Assembly (NCBI GenBank): GCA_964452735.1 | Contig: CAYVNA010000003.1 | Location: 1 to 49,928 of the forward strand | Direction of reading: 5' to 3' | Source of the DNA: an uncultured Candidatus Saccharibacteria bacterium | GTDB taxonomy: Bacteria > Patescibacteriota > Dojkabacteria > SC72 | Length of the DNA: 49,928 bases | Shown here: positions 15,878 through 26,231 of the stretch, piece by piece | How positions within the stretch are numbered: the first letter of the stretch is position 1 | Layout of the letters: the number at the start of each line of letters is the position of its first letter | Program-made: the position numbers and the translations under genes | Notes under the pieces: model-generated | Told to the model about the DNA's origin: nothing | Database searches by the model: none | What the model saw: only the letters and a program-made list of their open reading frames with translations

Positions 15878-18800
15878 ATGAAATACAGTCTTGGTATATC
15901 GAATTCTAGATCTAGGAAAAAACCTTCCGGTATGAAGAGAACGGGGAGTTTCCATAAGGCGATGTCTCCTAATAGTTTGGAGAAATTTAAGAATTTTCGT
16001 AAATACAATTCAAAAAATGTTTCTAAAAAGTCTAATACTCAAAAAAGTGGTTTGAAAGGTTTCTTTAAAGGAGGAGCATTTACGTTAACTGATAAAAGAA
16101 GGAAGATCTTATATGTAGGTTTGGGAATAATTTTCTTCATAGGATGTGTTGTCCTTATCGGAGTTGGGATCTATCTCAAGAGTCTGCAGAGTTCTCTACC
16201 CTCCCCTGATCAGCTAGTTGAAAGATCTTTCGATCAGAGTACACAGATTCTTGATAGAGAAGGGAAACTTCTATATACCGTTTATGGTGATAAGAATAGG
16301 GAATTTGTTTCCATAGATGATATCCCTGAGCATACTAAGTGGGCTTTGATAGCAGCAGAGGATATTGAATTCTATCAACACAAAGGGGTTGACTATCTAA
16401 GCATAATGAAGGCCTTCGTACAGAATCTCCGAGCTGGTGGTGTTGTTAGAGGTGCTAGTACATTGACCCAGCAGTTGGTTAAGACTACGATACTTTTTGA
16501 TGTCCTTGGAGATGAGGCATATGCTCAGACATATTCTAGGAAGATAAAAGAGGTATTGATAACGATGCAGGTAGAACAATCCTTCACGAAGGATGAGATA
16601 TTACAGATGTATATGAATGAAGTCCCTTTGGGTGGTGTTAACTATGGTTTCCAGGCTGCAGCGAATGCATATTTTGATAAGGATGTTAAGGATTTGACAC
16701 TAGCAGAGAGTGCTTTGATAGCAGGCCTGATACAGAGTCCTGGTGTATATTCTCCACTCTATGGAACTAATCCTGATCTTGCAAAGAAGAGGCAGGATTA
16801 TGTCTTGGATCAAATGTTGAAAAACAAGAAATTGACAGGTGTTACGGAGGAGGAGATAGAAGAGGCAAGAGAAGAGGAATTGGTTTATAGCACTAGAGAT
16901 ATTGATATTAAGGCTCCTCACTTTGTATTCTATGTCAAACAGTTGTTAGAAGCAGAATTTGGTATAGATCGTGTAGAAAGAGGTGGTCTCAAGGTTACCA
17001 CTACTCTTGATTCTTCGTTACAAGAGATTGCAGAAGAAGAGATTGTTAAGGGTGTCGAAGCTGCTAGGAAGAATAATGTGAATAACGGTGCAATGGTAGT
17101 TATTAACCCTAAGAATGGTCAGGTATTAGCAATGGTAGGTTCTGTTGATTATTTTAATGTTGAGGATCCTCGTGTTGATGGGAACGTCAACATTGCTGTT
17201 AGTGATAGGCAGATGGGTTCTTCTGTTAAGCCCTTTGTTTATTTGACAGCTATTAATCAAGGATATGGGCCTTGGTTGTTAACGCCAGACATCTCTGAAA
17301 TACAATTTGGAAACTACAAGCCAACAAACTGGGATAAGCAGTATGGAGGATTGATGACGGCGAGGAAGGCTCTAGTTCTTTCTAGGAATGTTCCTGCGGT
17401 ATATACATTGCAACTAGCTGGTATAGATAACTTCCTATTAACCATGGAGAAGCTTGGTGTAACTGGTTTAGCAAATAAGGCAATTTATGGATTGAGTTTG
17501 GGTCTTGGTTCTGGGGAGATGAAGTTACTTGAATTCACAAATGCATATGCAACTTTGGCAAATAGTGGTGTGAAGAATGATATTACGGCTATCTTAAAAG
17601 TAGAAGACTATAAGGGAGAGGTTATTAAGGAAGTTAAAGAGGAGGAAGGACAGAGAGTTATAGATGAGAAGGAGGCATATTTGGTAAACTGGATGATTTG
17701 TGATTTAGCTGGTTTCAATGATAGATATGGGAATCAGTACTACTATATTGGAAAGAGTAAGTTATGTGGTAAGACTGGTACTACTGATGGTCCTAAGGAC
17801 TTGCTAGCATTTTTGTACAACGAGAATTTGACAGTCGGTGTTTGGACTGGGAATAATAACAATGAAGAAATGCCGGGTGGTTGGTCTTCAACAGTTCCTC
17901 TTCCCTTAGCATATTCTTTCATGAAGAGAGTTATAGAAAACTATCCTTCTGGAACATATAATCGTCCTTCAGGTATATTGACTACTTCGGTGTGTTTGGA
18001 TTCTGGAGCTTCTCCAGAGGATGGTACTGATTGTACCAAGGAGGCATCTTTGTATATTTCTGGTAGACCTCCCCAAGTTGACAAGAGGAAGAGTGTTGAA
18101 CTGTGTATTGCTAATGGTCTCATCCCGAGTAATCTTGATGCTGCAAGAAAATATGGTTTAACCTCAACGAAGATCATAATTACAAAAAGCTTAGAGAATT
18201 CTCTTCAACAGGCTGCATATGAGAAATATCTTTCTTCCCAAGAAAGTTCTAAATACATTTTCTCAGAACCAGGTACAGGTTCTTGTCCCCTACCCTTGGG
18301 CTCCAATAATGAACCTGTTATAGATGTATATTCTCCAACTAGTGGTCAGTCTGTTCAGAGAGGAAAGAATCTGGAGATATCAGGAGTTGTTAGGTATTTA
18401 GAAAGTATATCGGAATTCAAGGTGAAGTTTGATGGCTCAGACATCTCTGGTGCTGCCTTGAAGGCTGATGGATCCTTTGTAGTGAACTATTTTGTTCCTG
18501 CCGGAACTACTCTTGGCTCTCATACTATAGCTATTTCTGCGAAAGATAACTATGGAAAGGTTGATTCAAAAAGTATCTCTATATCTGTAGTGGACTCCTC
18601 CTCTGCAATATCTCTATCTGTTGTATCTCCTGCTAATGGAGTCACTGTCGCATTTCCAGTAGGCATTTTAGCAAGTGTTTCTGGTGGTACTTGTGAGGAG
18701 GTCACATTCTCAATATCAAAAGTTGGAGGTGGTTATACCAAGAGCTTCACTGATTCAAATGGTGGTGATGGTTGGGCATATTCTTGGGTTAAGGAAGATA

Positions 18801-18889
18801 CCGTAACTAGTGGCCAGTACAGGATCTCAGTCACTGGTAAATGTGGAGGGGCTACAATAACAGGAAACACTGTAACGGTATCATACTAA
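15878..18889 (+). CDS. Class A penicillin-binding protein (PBP1A-type glycosyltransferase/transpeptidase) with C-terminal Ig-like extension
   Basis: 1003 aa. GT51 motifs are EDIEFYQHKGVD and RGASTLTQQLVK. Transpeptidase motifs are SSVKPF (SxxK), SRN (SxN) and KTGTT. It has a basic cytoplasmic tail of about 80 aa plus a TM. The last 220 aa or so form two beta-rich Ig-like segments. Confidence 0.9.
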   Translation: MKYSLGISNSRSRKKPSGMKRTGSFHKAMSPNSLEKFKNFRKYNSKNVSKKSNTQKSGLKGFFKGGAFTLTDKRRKILYVGLGIIFFIGCVVLIGVGIYLKSLQSSLPSPDQLVERSFDQSTQILDREGKLLYTVYGDKNREFVSIDDIPEHTKWALIAAEDIEFYQHKGVDYLSIMKAFVQNLRAGGVVRGASTLTQQLVKTTILFDVLGDEAYAQTYSRKIKEVLITMQVEQSFTKDEILQMYMNEVPLGGVNYGFQAAANAYFDKDVKDLTLAESALIAGLIQSPGVYSPLYGTNPDLAKKRQDYVLDQMLKNKKLTGVTEEEIEEAREEELVYSTRDIDIKAPHFVFYVKQLLEAEFGIDRVERGGLKVTTTLDSSLQEIAEEEIVKGVEAARKNNVNNGAMVVINPKNGQVLAMVGSVDYFNVEDPRVDGNVNIAVSDRQMGSSVKPFVYLTAINQGYGPWLLTPDISEIQFGNYKPTNWDKQYGGLMTARKALVLSRNVPAVYTLQLAGIDNFLLTMEKLGVTGLANKAIYGLSLGLGSGEMKLLEFTNAYATLANSGVKNDITAILKVEDYKGEVIKEVKEEEGQRVIDEKEAYLVNWMICDLAGFNDRYGNQYYYIGKSKLCGKTGTTDGPKDLLAFLYNENLTVGVWTGNNNNEEMPGGWSSTVPLPLAYSFMKRVIENYPSGTYNRPSGILTTSVCLDSGASPEDGTDCTKEASLYISGRPPQVDKRKSVELCIANGLIPSNLDAARKYGLTSTKIIITKSLENSLQQAAYEKYLSSQESSKYIFSEPGTGSCPLPLGSNNEPVIDVYSPTSGQSVQRGKNLEISGVVRYLESISEFKVKFDGSDISGAALKADGSFVVNYFVPAGTTLGSHTIAISAKDNYGKVDSKSISISVVDSSSAISLSVVSPANGVTVAFPVGILASVSGGTCEEVTFSISKVGGGYTKSFTDSNGGDGWAYSWVKEDTVTSGQYRISVTGKCGGATITGNTVTVSY

Positions 18890-21363
18890 ACAAGAGTAGC
18901 TTGGTATTTACTCTCTATCTTTTTCTTTATCTTCTGAATTATTTCTTTTATATCTTTGTCTTTGAGAGTTTTGGAATAGTTACTTGTTGTAATTCGATAG
19001 GTCAATCTCTTCTTCTCAACGGTACCTTCCTTTTGGAAAATGTCCAAACACTCTACTCTGCCCCAAAGATTGTTGCTGTTAATTATCCTTTCTATCTCAT
19101 TATATATCTCAATATATTTTGTATCTATTTCACAATCAAAACAAAGGTCTTTGATAATACTAGGATATTTCGGTTGTTCTGAGTACTGTATGCTATTTAA
19201 TGTTCCTATTTCTACAAGTTTGTTAAGATCTATCTCAAAACCTCCTGAGTACCTTGGTAAATGATTTTTCTCTTTAACTTCTTCTTTAAACTCCCCCACT
19301 ATACCAATAACCTCGCCTTGTATACTCACTATTGCAGATGTATATGGATTAAACATATTGAGGAGACTCTTGGTTGACACCGGTAGGTCAATCTCACTAC
19401 TATCAATAACTAGATTAAGTTGCAAATCTCTAACTTGTAATCCATTTAGAACCTTCTCTAAATAGCTCTTTGCTGTATAGTACGGAGAGAATGAGTTCAA
19501 GCATTTCTCATTTAACGATATTAAAAGGGAGAGCATCCATTTCTCTGTGGGTAGTCCTTCTTCATTTAAAAGATCCTTACAATGAGGTATATTCATTTCA
19601 TATATTGCCATACCTGTGACACCTCTATCTATATTTTCTTTTGCTTTCTGGATTAGAGAAATCATTAGAGAAGTTCTCATGAGGGAGAGTTCCGGAGACA
19701 GTGGGTTCTTTACTTGATATGCTAGGTTAATATCCGAAAGAGAATTCTCGAAAGCTTCCTTGCTAGTGAAGCTATATGTGAGGAGTTCATTTGCTCCATT
19801 ATTTGAGAGAATGTCTCTAATGAGTTTCTTTGTTTCAAAGATATTATTCTTTATGGGTGGTAGTATACTTTTCTTAGGAAGATCTATTGGAATATTATTT
19901 AATCCATGTATTCTAGCAACATCTTCATACACATCCTCCCTTATGGAGATGTCTCTTCTCCAACTAGGTGCGGTTATATATATACTATCTCTCTCTTCGA
20001 TTATGTACCCTAAGTTCTCTAGAATTTTTAGAATTTCTTCCTTGGAAATGTCTGTCCCCAATGTAGTATTGAGGTCTTCTACATCTATGGGAACAGTTTT
20101 TCTTTCCAATCTCTGGGGATATATGTCTATGATGTCAGATGCTACTGTCGCATTTCCCAATTCTTTAATCATTTTGATAGCAAGTTTAAGTGCATGAATA
20201 CATTGCTCTGGATCTAAGCTATGCTTAAACTTTGTCGAGGCATCTGTGAAGAGTCCGAGTTTCATACTAGTTTTTCGAATACTTGTTTTATCAAAATTTG
20301 CTGATTCTAGAATCACCCTCTTTGTATTATTATCTATTTCAGTATCTCTTCCTCCTATGACACCAGCGATTGCTATTGGATGGAGGTTGTCTGCAATCAC
20401 AATATTTTCTTCCGTTAGCTGATATGTTTTGTCATCAAGAGCTAGTATGCTCTCTTCTGTATTGGACATTCGTATATTAATACTTGCGTAATTGCTATCT
20501 CCAGAATTCTTACTAACCTTGTCATAGTCGAAGGCGTGCAAAGGTTGCCCAATTAGGAGAGAAATATAGTTTGTGATGTCTACAATGTTGTTTATGGGCT
20601 TGATACCGCATTTTATTAATATGCTCCTTAACCATATCGGAGATTCCTGAATAGAAACGTTATCCAAAGCAATTGCAGTATATCTAGGACATAGGGATTC
20701 TGCATCATTTATAATCTCTAGCTTAAGACAGGTATTTTCTTCAGTCACTATTTCTGGATATTCATCCTTATTTTCATATTTATTCCCTATGACTGCATTT
20801 ATTTCTCTTGAGATGCCAATGATACTAAAAAGGTCCCCCCTATTTGTTAAGGCTTTGTTTTCTATCTCTATGATACTATCATTCAGATCATAGTATTCCG
20901 CAAATGATTCTCCCACAGGTGCATCTTTAGGAAGAACCATTACCCTCTCATGATTTGATCCTATGTTTAGTTCTTTCTCAGATCCTAACATACCATTAGA
21001 AAGGATCCCTCTTAGCTTTACGGCCTTAATTTCAAAAGGCTCTTCTTCAGAGTATATTGTATAGGGGACTTTCGAACCTATCTTTAGATATGCTACTTTA
21101 TCTCCTATCTCCAAATTCTTATCTCCTGCTACTACTTGGATATTTTCATCTTCACCATAGTTAATTTGATATACTCCTAACTTATCAGCGTCTGGATGAT
21201 TTTCTTTCCCAACAATCTCTGCAATCACAATGTTCTCATAGTCTTCTCCTATCTTGTGAAAATATTCTACCTCCCCTATTTTTTCCTTTATTATTTTGAT
21301 TATTTCTTCGCTAGGTATGTTAATATCCCCGAATTTTTTTAATAGCCCTGTAGTTATTCTCAT
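18886..21363 (-). CDS. pheT: Phenylalanine--tRNA ligase beta subunit
   Basis: 825 aa with an N-terminal tRNA-binding (OB) domain and B3/4 and B5 regions. It lies directly downstream of pheS with a 1-nt overlap. Confidence 0.93.
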   Translation of the reverse strand: MRITTGLLKKFGDINIPSEEIIKIIKEKIGEVEYFHKIGEDYENIVIAEIVGKENHPDADKLGVYQINYGEDENIQVVAGDKNLEIGDKVAYLKIGSKVPYTIYSEEEPFEIKAVKLRGILSNGMLGSEKELNIGSNHERVMVLPKDAPVGESFAEYYDLNDSIIEIENKALTNRGDLFSIIGISREINAVIGNKYENKDEYPEIVTEENTCLKLEIINDAESLCPRYTAIALDNVSIQESPIWLRSILIKCGIKPINNIVDITNYISLLIGQPLHAFDYDKVSKNSGDSNYASINIRMSNTEESILALDDKTYQLTEENIVIADNLHPIAIAGVIGGRDTEIDNNTKRVILESANFDKTSIRKTSMKLGLFTDASTKFKHSLDPEQCIHALKLAIKMIKELGNATVASDIIDIYPQRLERKTVPIDVEDLNTTLGTDISKEEILKILENLGYIIEERDSIYITAPSWRRDISIREDVYEDVARIHGLNNIPIDLPKKSILPPIKNNIFETKKLIRDILSNNGANELLTYSFTSKEAFENSLSDINLAYQVKNPLSPELSLMRTSLMISLIQKAKENIDRGVTGMAIYEMNIPHCKDLLNEEGLPTEKWMLSLLISLNEKCLNSFSPYYTAKSYLEKVLNGLQVRDLQLNLVIDSSEIDLPVSTKSLLNMFNPYTSAIVSIQGEVIGIVGEFKEEVKEKNHLPRYSGGFEIDLNKLVEIGTLNSIQYSEQPKYPSIIKDLCFDCEIDTKYIEIYNEIERIINSNNLWGRVECLDIFQKEGTVEKKRLTYRITTSNYSKTLKDKDIKEIIQKIKKKIESKYQATLV

Positions 21364-22397
21364 TAGAATTGTCGTAAGAAGTTAAGGTTACCATCTCTCA
21401 AGTATCGTATATCATTTATGCCTAGCTTTATCATTGTTAATCTATCTACCCCAAATCCCCAGGCAAAGCCCTTGTATACAAGAGGATCTATATCTGCTTC
21501 TTTGAGAACGTTTGGGTGAATCATCCCACATCCCATTATTTCTATCCATCCAGAATGTCCACATGTTGAGCATCCTGCTTTTTTGCAAAAAGGACAACTC
21601 ATGACAAATTCACAGTCTGGTTCTGTGAATGGGAAATATGCTGGTTGTATACGAACTTCTAGATCTGTCTCCAGGTATCTTTCTAAATACGTTTTTATCG
21701 TTGCTATCATGTTGGAAAGTGAAGTCCCTTTGTCTACATATATTCCTTCAATTTGATGAAAGGTATGTTCATGTCCAGCATCTGTTGCCTCATTTCTGAA
21801 ACACCTCCCAGGAAGCACTACAGCTATTGGTGGCGGTCCAAATCTCCTTAGGGCTCTGTTCTGCATAGTTGAAGTATGTGCAGGTAGCACAAAGTTATCT
21901 TCTGTTCGGAATGTATCATACATATCTCTTGCTGGATGGCCCTTGGGGAAGTTTAAAGACTGGAACATGTGATAGTCATCATCAATTTGTCTACTCTCCA
22001 AGACATTGAATCCCATACTTTGGAATATATCAACCAGTTTTTCTACCTCTTTTGTCAAAGGGTGTTGGGAACCCCTTTGTTTCAGAAAATATTCTAAACC
22101 ATCTGTATTAGAGTTAATGTCGAAGGGAGCAGAAGGGTCAATTCTCTTCTCATTTTCGGAAGAAACTCTACCTTTATTCTCAAGAATATATATTTCTATT
22201 ATGTTCTTGATGGAATTTAACTCTTTACCATATATTGCTTTCTCTTCTGTTGGCAAAGTCTTGATCTTCTCTACAGCTTCTCTAATCAAACCATTCGGAG
22301 ATATATACTTGCTCTTCAAGGAGTCTATATCCATGTTAGCTTTATCATACTCAAAAGAATTTGAGATCTGCTGAATATTTTCGTGTTGGTATTCCAT
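21363..22397 (-). CDS. pheS: Phenylalanine--tRNA ligase alpha subunit
   Basis: 344 aa with HPARDMYDTF, class II motif 2 LPGRCFRNEATDAGHEHTFHQIEG, and motif 3 FAWGFGVDRL. Confidence 0.95.
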   Translation of the reverse strand: MEYQHENIQQISNSFEYDKANMDIDSLKSKYISPNGLIREAVEKIKTLPTEEKAIYGKELNSIKNIIEIYILENKGRVSSENEKRIDPSAPFDINSNTDGLEYFLKQRGSQHPLTKEVEKLVDIFQSMGFNVLESRQIDDDYHMFQSLNFPKGHPARDMYDTFRTEDNFVLPAHTSTMQNRALRRFGPPPIAVVLPGRCFRNEATDAGHEHTFHQIEGIYVDKGTSLSNMIATIKTYLERYLETDLEVRIQPAYFPFTEPDCEFVMSCPFCKKAGCSTCGHSGWIEIMGCGMIHPNVLKEADIDPLVYKGFAWGFGVDRLTMIKLGINDIRYLRDGNLNFLRQF

Positions 22398-22430
22398 ATT
22401 TTATATCAAGTATACTACATATTTATATTA

Positions 22431-22458
22431 ACAAAAAAGGACCCATGAAGAGTCCTTT
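22431..22458 (-). terminator. Candidate Rho-independent terminator after rplT
   Basis: On the minus strand, AAAGGAC-TCTTCATGG-GTCCTTT is followed by TTTGTT. It starts 20 nt after the rplT stop. The stem is short and AT-rich at its base. Confidence 0.45.
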
Positions 22459-22477
22459 ACAAAAACAATAAAGAACT

Positions 22478-22816
22478 CTATATAGATTTAACTACAAAAG
22501 AAAAAACCTCAGGGTTATTGACTGCAAGGTCAGCTAAGATCATTCTATTTAATTCAATATTCTTACTTTTCATTCCACCAATTAATGTCTTATACTGGGT
22601 GTTATTATTTTTGCAAGCAGCATTTATTTTGGATATCCAAACTCTTCTTATCTGACTTTGTCTTCTTTGTCTATGATTATATGCATATTGCCCGGCATGA
22701 AGATATGCTTGATGAGCAGTTCTGTATAACTTACTCTTTGTTAGCATGTATCCTTTTGTACTCTTGAGTACCTTCTTGTGTCTTCTTGATCTTGTTATTC
22801 CACCTTTTACTCTCAT
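22478..22816 (-). CDS. rplT: 50S ribosomal protein L20
   Basis: 112 aa starting MRVKGGITRSRRHKKVLK. The sequence is typical L20 and sits in the conserved infC-rpmI-rplT context. Confidence 0.95.
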   Translation of the reverse strand: MRVKGGITRSRRHKKVLKSTKGYMLTKSKLYRTAHQAYLHAGQYAYNHRQRRQSQIRRVWISKINAACKNNNTQYKTLIGGMKSKNIELNRMILADLAVNNPEVFSFVVKSI

Positions 22817-22827
22817 AGGTCTATGTT

Positions 22828-23040
22828 CTAGATATTAACTATTTTTCTAATTAGACTTTTCTTACTTGTATTACTTACCAATGCATTATCTTTTTGTCTT
22901 CTTTTCTCTCTTGAAGATTTCTTTGTCTTCAAATGTCCCTGATGACTTTGCTTGTACCTCAATTTAGGAGTCTTGTTCCCTCTTGGGTTAGACACCTTAA
23001 TTCTTTTCCTTGCGGTTTTATTTGTTTTCTGTCTTGCCAT
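22828..23040 (-). CDS. rpmI: 50S ribosomal protein L35
   Basis: 70 aa, very basic (MARQKTNKTARKRIKV...). Its start overlaps the infC 3' end by 23 nt. Confidence 0.9.
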   Translation of the reverse strand: MARQKTNKTARKRIKVSNPRGNKTPKLRYKQSHQGHLKTKKSSREKRRQKDNALVSNTSKKSLIRKIVNI

Positions 23041-23545
23041 TAGGTTTAAATGTCAAAGAAATTCTATTACCTTCATACTTAGGTTCGGATTCGATACTAC
23101 TATAATCGGCAAAATTAGTCAATATTTGATTAAAAACTTCCTTAGCTAAATCCATTGGTTGTCTACCTTTTTTCTGCATAACTAACTTAACAGGATGACC
23201 TTTCTCTAGATATTCAAAAGCTCTCTTAACTCTATGGCTTATATCTCCATCCTCTATTACAGGAGAGAACCTAAATTCTTTAACTTCTTTGCTTTTACCC
23301 TTCTTATTCATTCGCGTCTTTTTATTCTGGTTGTATAGGTACTTAGAAAGGTCCATTATTTTACAAACAGGAGGGACGACATTCGGTCCTACTTCGACTA
23401 GATCCAGTCCAGCTTCTTGTGCTAAGATTAATGCTTTCCTAGTATCCATAGCCCCTAAGTTTTCTCCACTCTCGTTAACTAGTTGTACTTCCCCTACTCG
23501 TATCTCATTATTCGCTCTCGGTCCATTGCTCTGCTTTTGATACAT
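23018..23545 (-). CDS. infC: Translation initiation factor IF-3
   Basis: 175 aa with NNEIRVGEVQLVNESGENLG, ALILAQEAGLDLVEV and PPVCKIMD. It has an ordinary ATG start. Confidence 0.95.
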   Translation of the reverse strand: MYQKQSNGPRANNEIRVGEVQLVNESGENLGAMDTRKALILAQEAGLDLVEVGPNVVPPVCKIMDLSKYLYNQNKKTRMNKKGKSKEVKEFRFSPVIEDGDISHRVKRAFEYLEKGHPVKLVMQKKGRQPMDLAKEVFNQILTNFADYSSIESEPKYEGNRISLTFKPNGKTENK

Positions 23546-23566
23546 CTATTAAATAAATGTTTTAAT

Positions 23567-25336
23567 TTATATATTACCAAAGGACTCTTTTGTTCTAATT
23601 TCTTCCTTTAGGTTATCAATTAGCTCTTGAATTTTCATTAGTCCCTCTTCTTTATTCCTCCTTGCCCTTACAGAGATTGTTTCCGTTTCTATCTCTTTAT
23701 CTCCAACAATTACAATGTATGGAATCTTCATCTTCTCTGCATCTCTAATCCTAGATTGCATGCTTTTACTTCTTTTATCTATCTTGACTCTTAACTTTGC
23801 TTTCTTCATCTCCTGATATACACTTTCAGCATACTCTGCGTGCTTGTCAGAAATCGGAATTATATATACTTGTTCAGGTGTGAACCATAGCGGGAAGTCT
23901 CCACCGTGGTGTTCGATGAGGAATGCAAAGAACCTTTCAAAGGAACCGATTAAAGCTCTGTGGATCATGTATGGCCTCTTCTCGTTTCCCTCTTGGTCTA
24001 TGTATGTGATATCGAATCTCTCTGGCTCATTGAAATCTAGTTGTATCGTTGATATGGTATCTTCTTTCCCAAATACATTGACTGCTTGTATGTCAATCTT
24101 AGGGCCGTAGAAGGCTGCATCTCCCGGCATCTCTTCGAAAGATATTTCTCTTTCTTGAAGCACAGATCTGAGAGTTTCTTCTGCTATCTTCCACTTCTCA
24201 GGATCACCTGAATATTTCTTAGAATTTGCTTCTTTGTCTGAGAGAGAGAGTCTAAATCTATAGTTATCGAATCCAACATCCTTGTAGAAAGAGATTAGAA
24301 GATCTATGGTTTCGTTTATAACGGTTTTTAACTGCTCTTCCGTACAGAAAATATGGGCGTCATTTTGAGTAAACCCTCTAACTCTCTGAAGTCCATGTAG
24401 CTCTCCCGATTTCTCATACCTATATACTGTTCCAAGCTCTCCTAGCTTGTATGGAAGATCTCTGTAGCTCTTTGGGCTCATTTTGTATACCATCATTGCT
24501 GCAGGACAATTCATTGGCTTGAGATAGTAGGTTTCATCTTCCACGGTTATTGGAGCATACATAGACTCTTTGTAGAAGTCCAAGTGACCAGATGTTTTAA
24601 ATAGTACCTCCTTGTTAATATGGGGAGTAAGGATGTGCTCATAGCCAGAATCTCTCTCAAGCTCAAGCATATATTCTTCCAAAATCCTTCTCATTACATA
24701 ACCTCTAGGTAGCCATATTGGGAGACCTTGTCCGATCTCCGGCAAAATAGCGAAAAGATTCAACTGTTTCCCAAGTTTCCTATGATTCCTATTTTCCAGC
24801 TCCTCCTGATTCTTTAGAAACACATCTAATTCCTCTTTTGTGGGGAATGCTGTCCCATATATTCTAGTTAACATCTTCTTTGTCTCGTCCCCTCTCCAAT
24901 ATGCTCCAGCGGTTTTTGTCAGTTTTATTGCACCAATCTCTTTCGTATTCTCAACATGTGGTCCTCTACAAAGATCTGCAAAATCATTATCTCCAGTTAT
25001 GTAGAAGCTGAACTCCTCACCCTCTAGCTCATTAAGAAGCTCCAGTTTATATTTCTGATCTGTCTTCTTGAGATATTCCTCTGCATCCTTCCGTTTCATC
25101 ATAACTTGTTTAAAAGGTATCTCCTGCTTTATTATCCCCTTCATCTCTTTCTCTATCTTTGGCAGATCAGTTTCCTCCAACGGTTCACTAAATTCAAAAT
25201 CGTAGTAGAAACCATTCTCTATCGCTGGTCCTATACCTAGTTTCGTGTCTGGATATAGTTTCAAAACAGCCTGCGCCAATATATGCGACGCAGAATGTCT
25301 CATTTTTTCTAACTTTAAAACATCTTCAGAATTCAT
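23567..25336 (-). CDS. thrS: Threonine--tRNA ligase (no N-terminal TGS domain)
   Basis: 589 aa. It begins at the editing-domain HxxxH motif (RHSASHILAQA). It has TAGAYWRGD, class II core motifs (PMNCPAAM, FTQNDAHIFC, GAFYGPKID) and a C-terminal anticodon-binding domain. Confidence 0.95.
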   Translation of the reverse strand: MNSEDVLKLEKMRHSASHILAQAVLKLYPDTKLGIGPAIENGFYYDFEFSEPLEETDLPKIEKEMKGIIKQEIPFKQVMMKRKDAEEYLKKTDQKYKLELLNELEGEEFSFYITGDNDFADLCRGPHVENTKEIGAIKLTKTAGAYWRGDETKKMLTRIYGTAFPTKEELDVFLKNQEELENRNHRKLGKQLNLFAILPEIGQGLPIWLPRGYVMRRILEEYMLELERDSGYEHILTPHINKEVLFKTSGHLDFYKESMYAPITVEDETYYLKPMNCPAAMMVYKMSPKSYRDLPYKLGELGTVYRYEKSGELHGLQRVRGFTQNDAHIFCTEEQLKTVINETIDLLISFYKDVGFDNYRFRLSLSDKEANSKKYSGDPEKWKIAEETLRSVLQEREISFEEMPGDAAFYGPKIDIQAVNVFGKEDTISTIQLDFNEPERFDITYIDQEGNEKRPYMIHRALIGSFERFFAFLIEHHGGDFPLWFTPEQVYIIPISDKHAEYAESVYQEMKKAKLRVKIDKRSKSMQSRIRDAEKMKIPYIVIVGDKEIETETISVRARRNKEEGLMKIQELIDNLKEEIRTKESFGNI

Positions 25337-25464
25337 TAGGGTATTTATATAAATTTAACTTTATGGGAAAAGAAAAACAACATCATTAGAATGTGTGTGT
25401 TGAGAAGACAATCTTACTGATTTTTGTTTTGTTAATGCCGTATTGTTTATACATCAGCTATATT

Positions 25465-26217
25465 TTATCTTTTTATGTTCTTTTTTGCAATGAAGAAGGA
25501 TATCGTATTTAGGCCAAAAGATTCAGATTCCAAGAGTTCAATATGTTCAAGAGATAGCTTCTCAAGGGGATATCTCTTTGGATGTTTTAATATTATTGCA
25601 CCCTTGAATTCTTTGGATGGGATATTTTGTATCCCAGGTAGTAGTAGTGATGCCATATTAAGGACTCTCTCTATCTTGAAGACATTTTTTCTATTGAAAA
25701 GTTTATATGGAGGATCTAGAAAGATTATATCGAAGGTTGGAAGTGTTGCAGAGTTAACTTGTTTGTATAGGTAGTCTTCTGACTTTGATCTTACAATCTC
25801 TGTGTCTAGTATGAAGCCTGTTTTCTCTACGTTCTGTTTTATGATGCTGTCTGCATTCTTAGAAGCTTCAACAAATGTAACATGCTTTGCCCCTCTTGAT
25901 AGGGCTTCTAATCCAAAAGATCCTGCTCCAGCATACAGGTCTAGGACGTCCTTTTTGAGAATGTCTTCTCTGAGAATATCAAAGATCTTAACTTTCATTC
26001 GGTCAGTTAGAGGTCTTGTTGTTTTGGGAATCTCAAGTTTGAAGTTTCTTACCTTTCCTGCAGTTATTCTTACAAATGTCTTTATAGTTGGTTCTTTGTG
26101 CAAGAGTCTTTCCTTAAGGAATGCTTCCTCTCGTTCTTCAAACTCTTCTGGAGTTTCTACTTTCCATTTCTTTTTTTCTTTTCTTAATTTTTTAAATGAA
26201 TCATCTTTTAAACTCAT
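25465..26217 (-). CDS. rsmD: 16S rRNA (guanine966-N2)-methyltransferase RsmD with Lys/Glu-rich N-terminal extension
   Basis: It has RITAGKVRNFKLEIP, the SAM motif VLDLYAGAGSFGLEALSRGA, and IIFLDPPY. I place the start at the ATG at 26217 (MSLKDD...). The ORF-track start at 26358 would overlap the upstream gene by 127 nt. Confidence 0.85.
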   Translation of the reverse strand: MSLKDDSFKKLRKEKKKWKVETPEEFEEREEAFLKERLLHKEPTIKTFVRITAGKVRNFKLEIPKTTRPLTDRMKVKIFDILREDILKKDVLDLYAGAGSFGLEALSRGAKHVTFVEASKNADSIIKQNVEKTGFILDTEIVRSKSEDYLYKQVNSATLPTFDIIFLDPPYKLFNRKNVFKIERVLNMASLLLPGIQNIPSKEFKGAIILKHPKRYPLEKLSLEHIELLESESFGLNTISFFIAKKNIKR

Positions 26218-26231
26218 GGGTGTATTATACA

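Noticed and set aside
22400-22407. GATATAAA box upstream of pheS as another leaderless promoter instance.
   Set aside because: It lies only 2 nt from the ATG at 22397, which is too close for the transcript to include the start codon. An upstream TATACT (about 22411-22416) is possible but ambiguous, so pheS was left out of the leaderless list.
25366-25402. Hairpin CAACA..TGTTG followed by a T-run on the minus strand, between rsmD and thrS, as a terminator.
   Set aside because: Only 5 contiguous base pairs form, all weak or AT-rich. It is too marginal to call, and the thrS -10-like box nearby is the better-supported signal.
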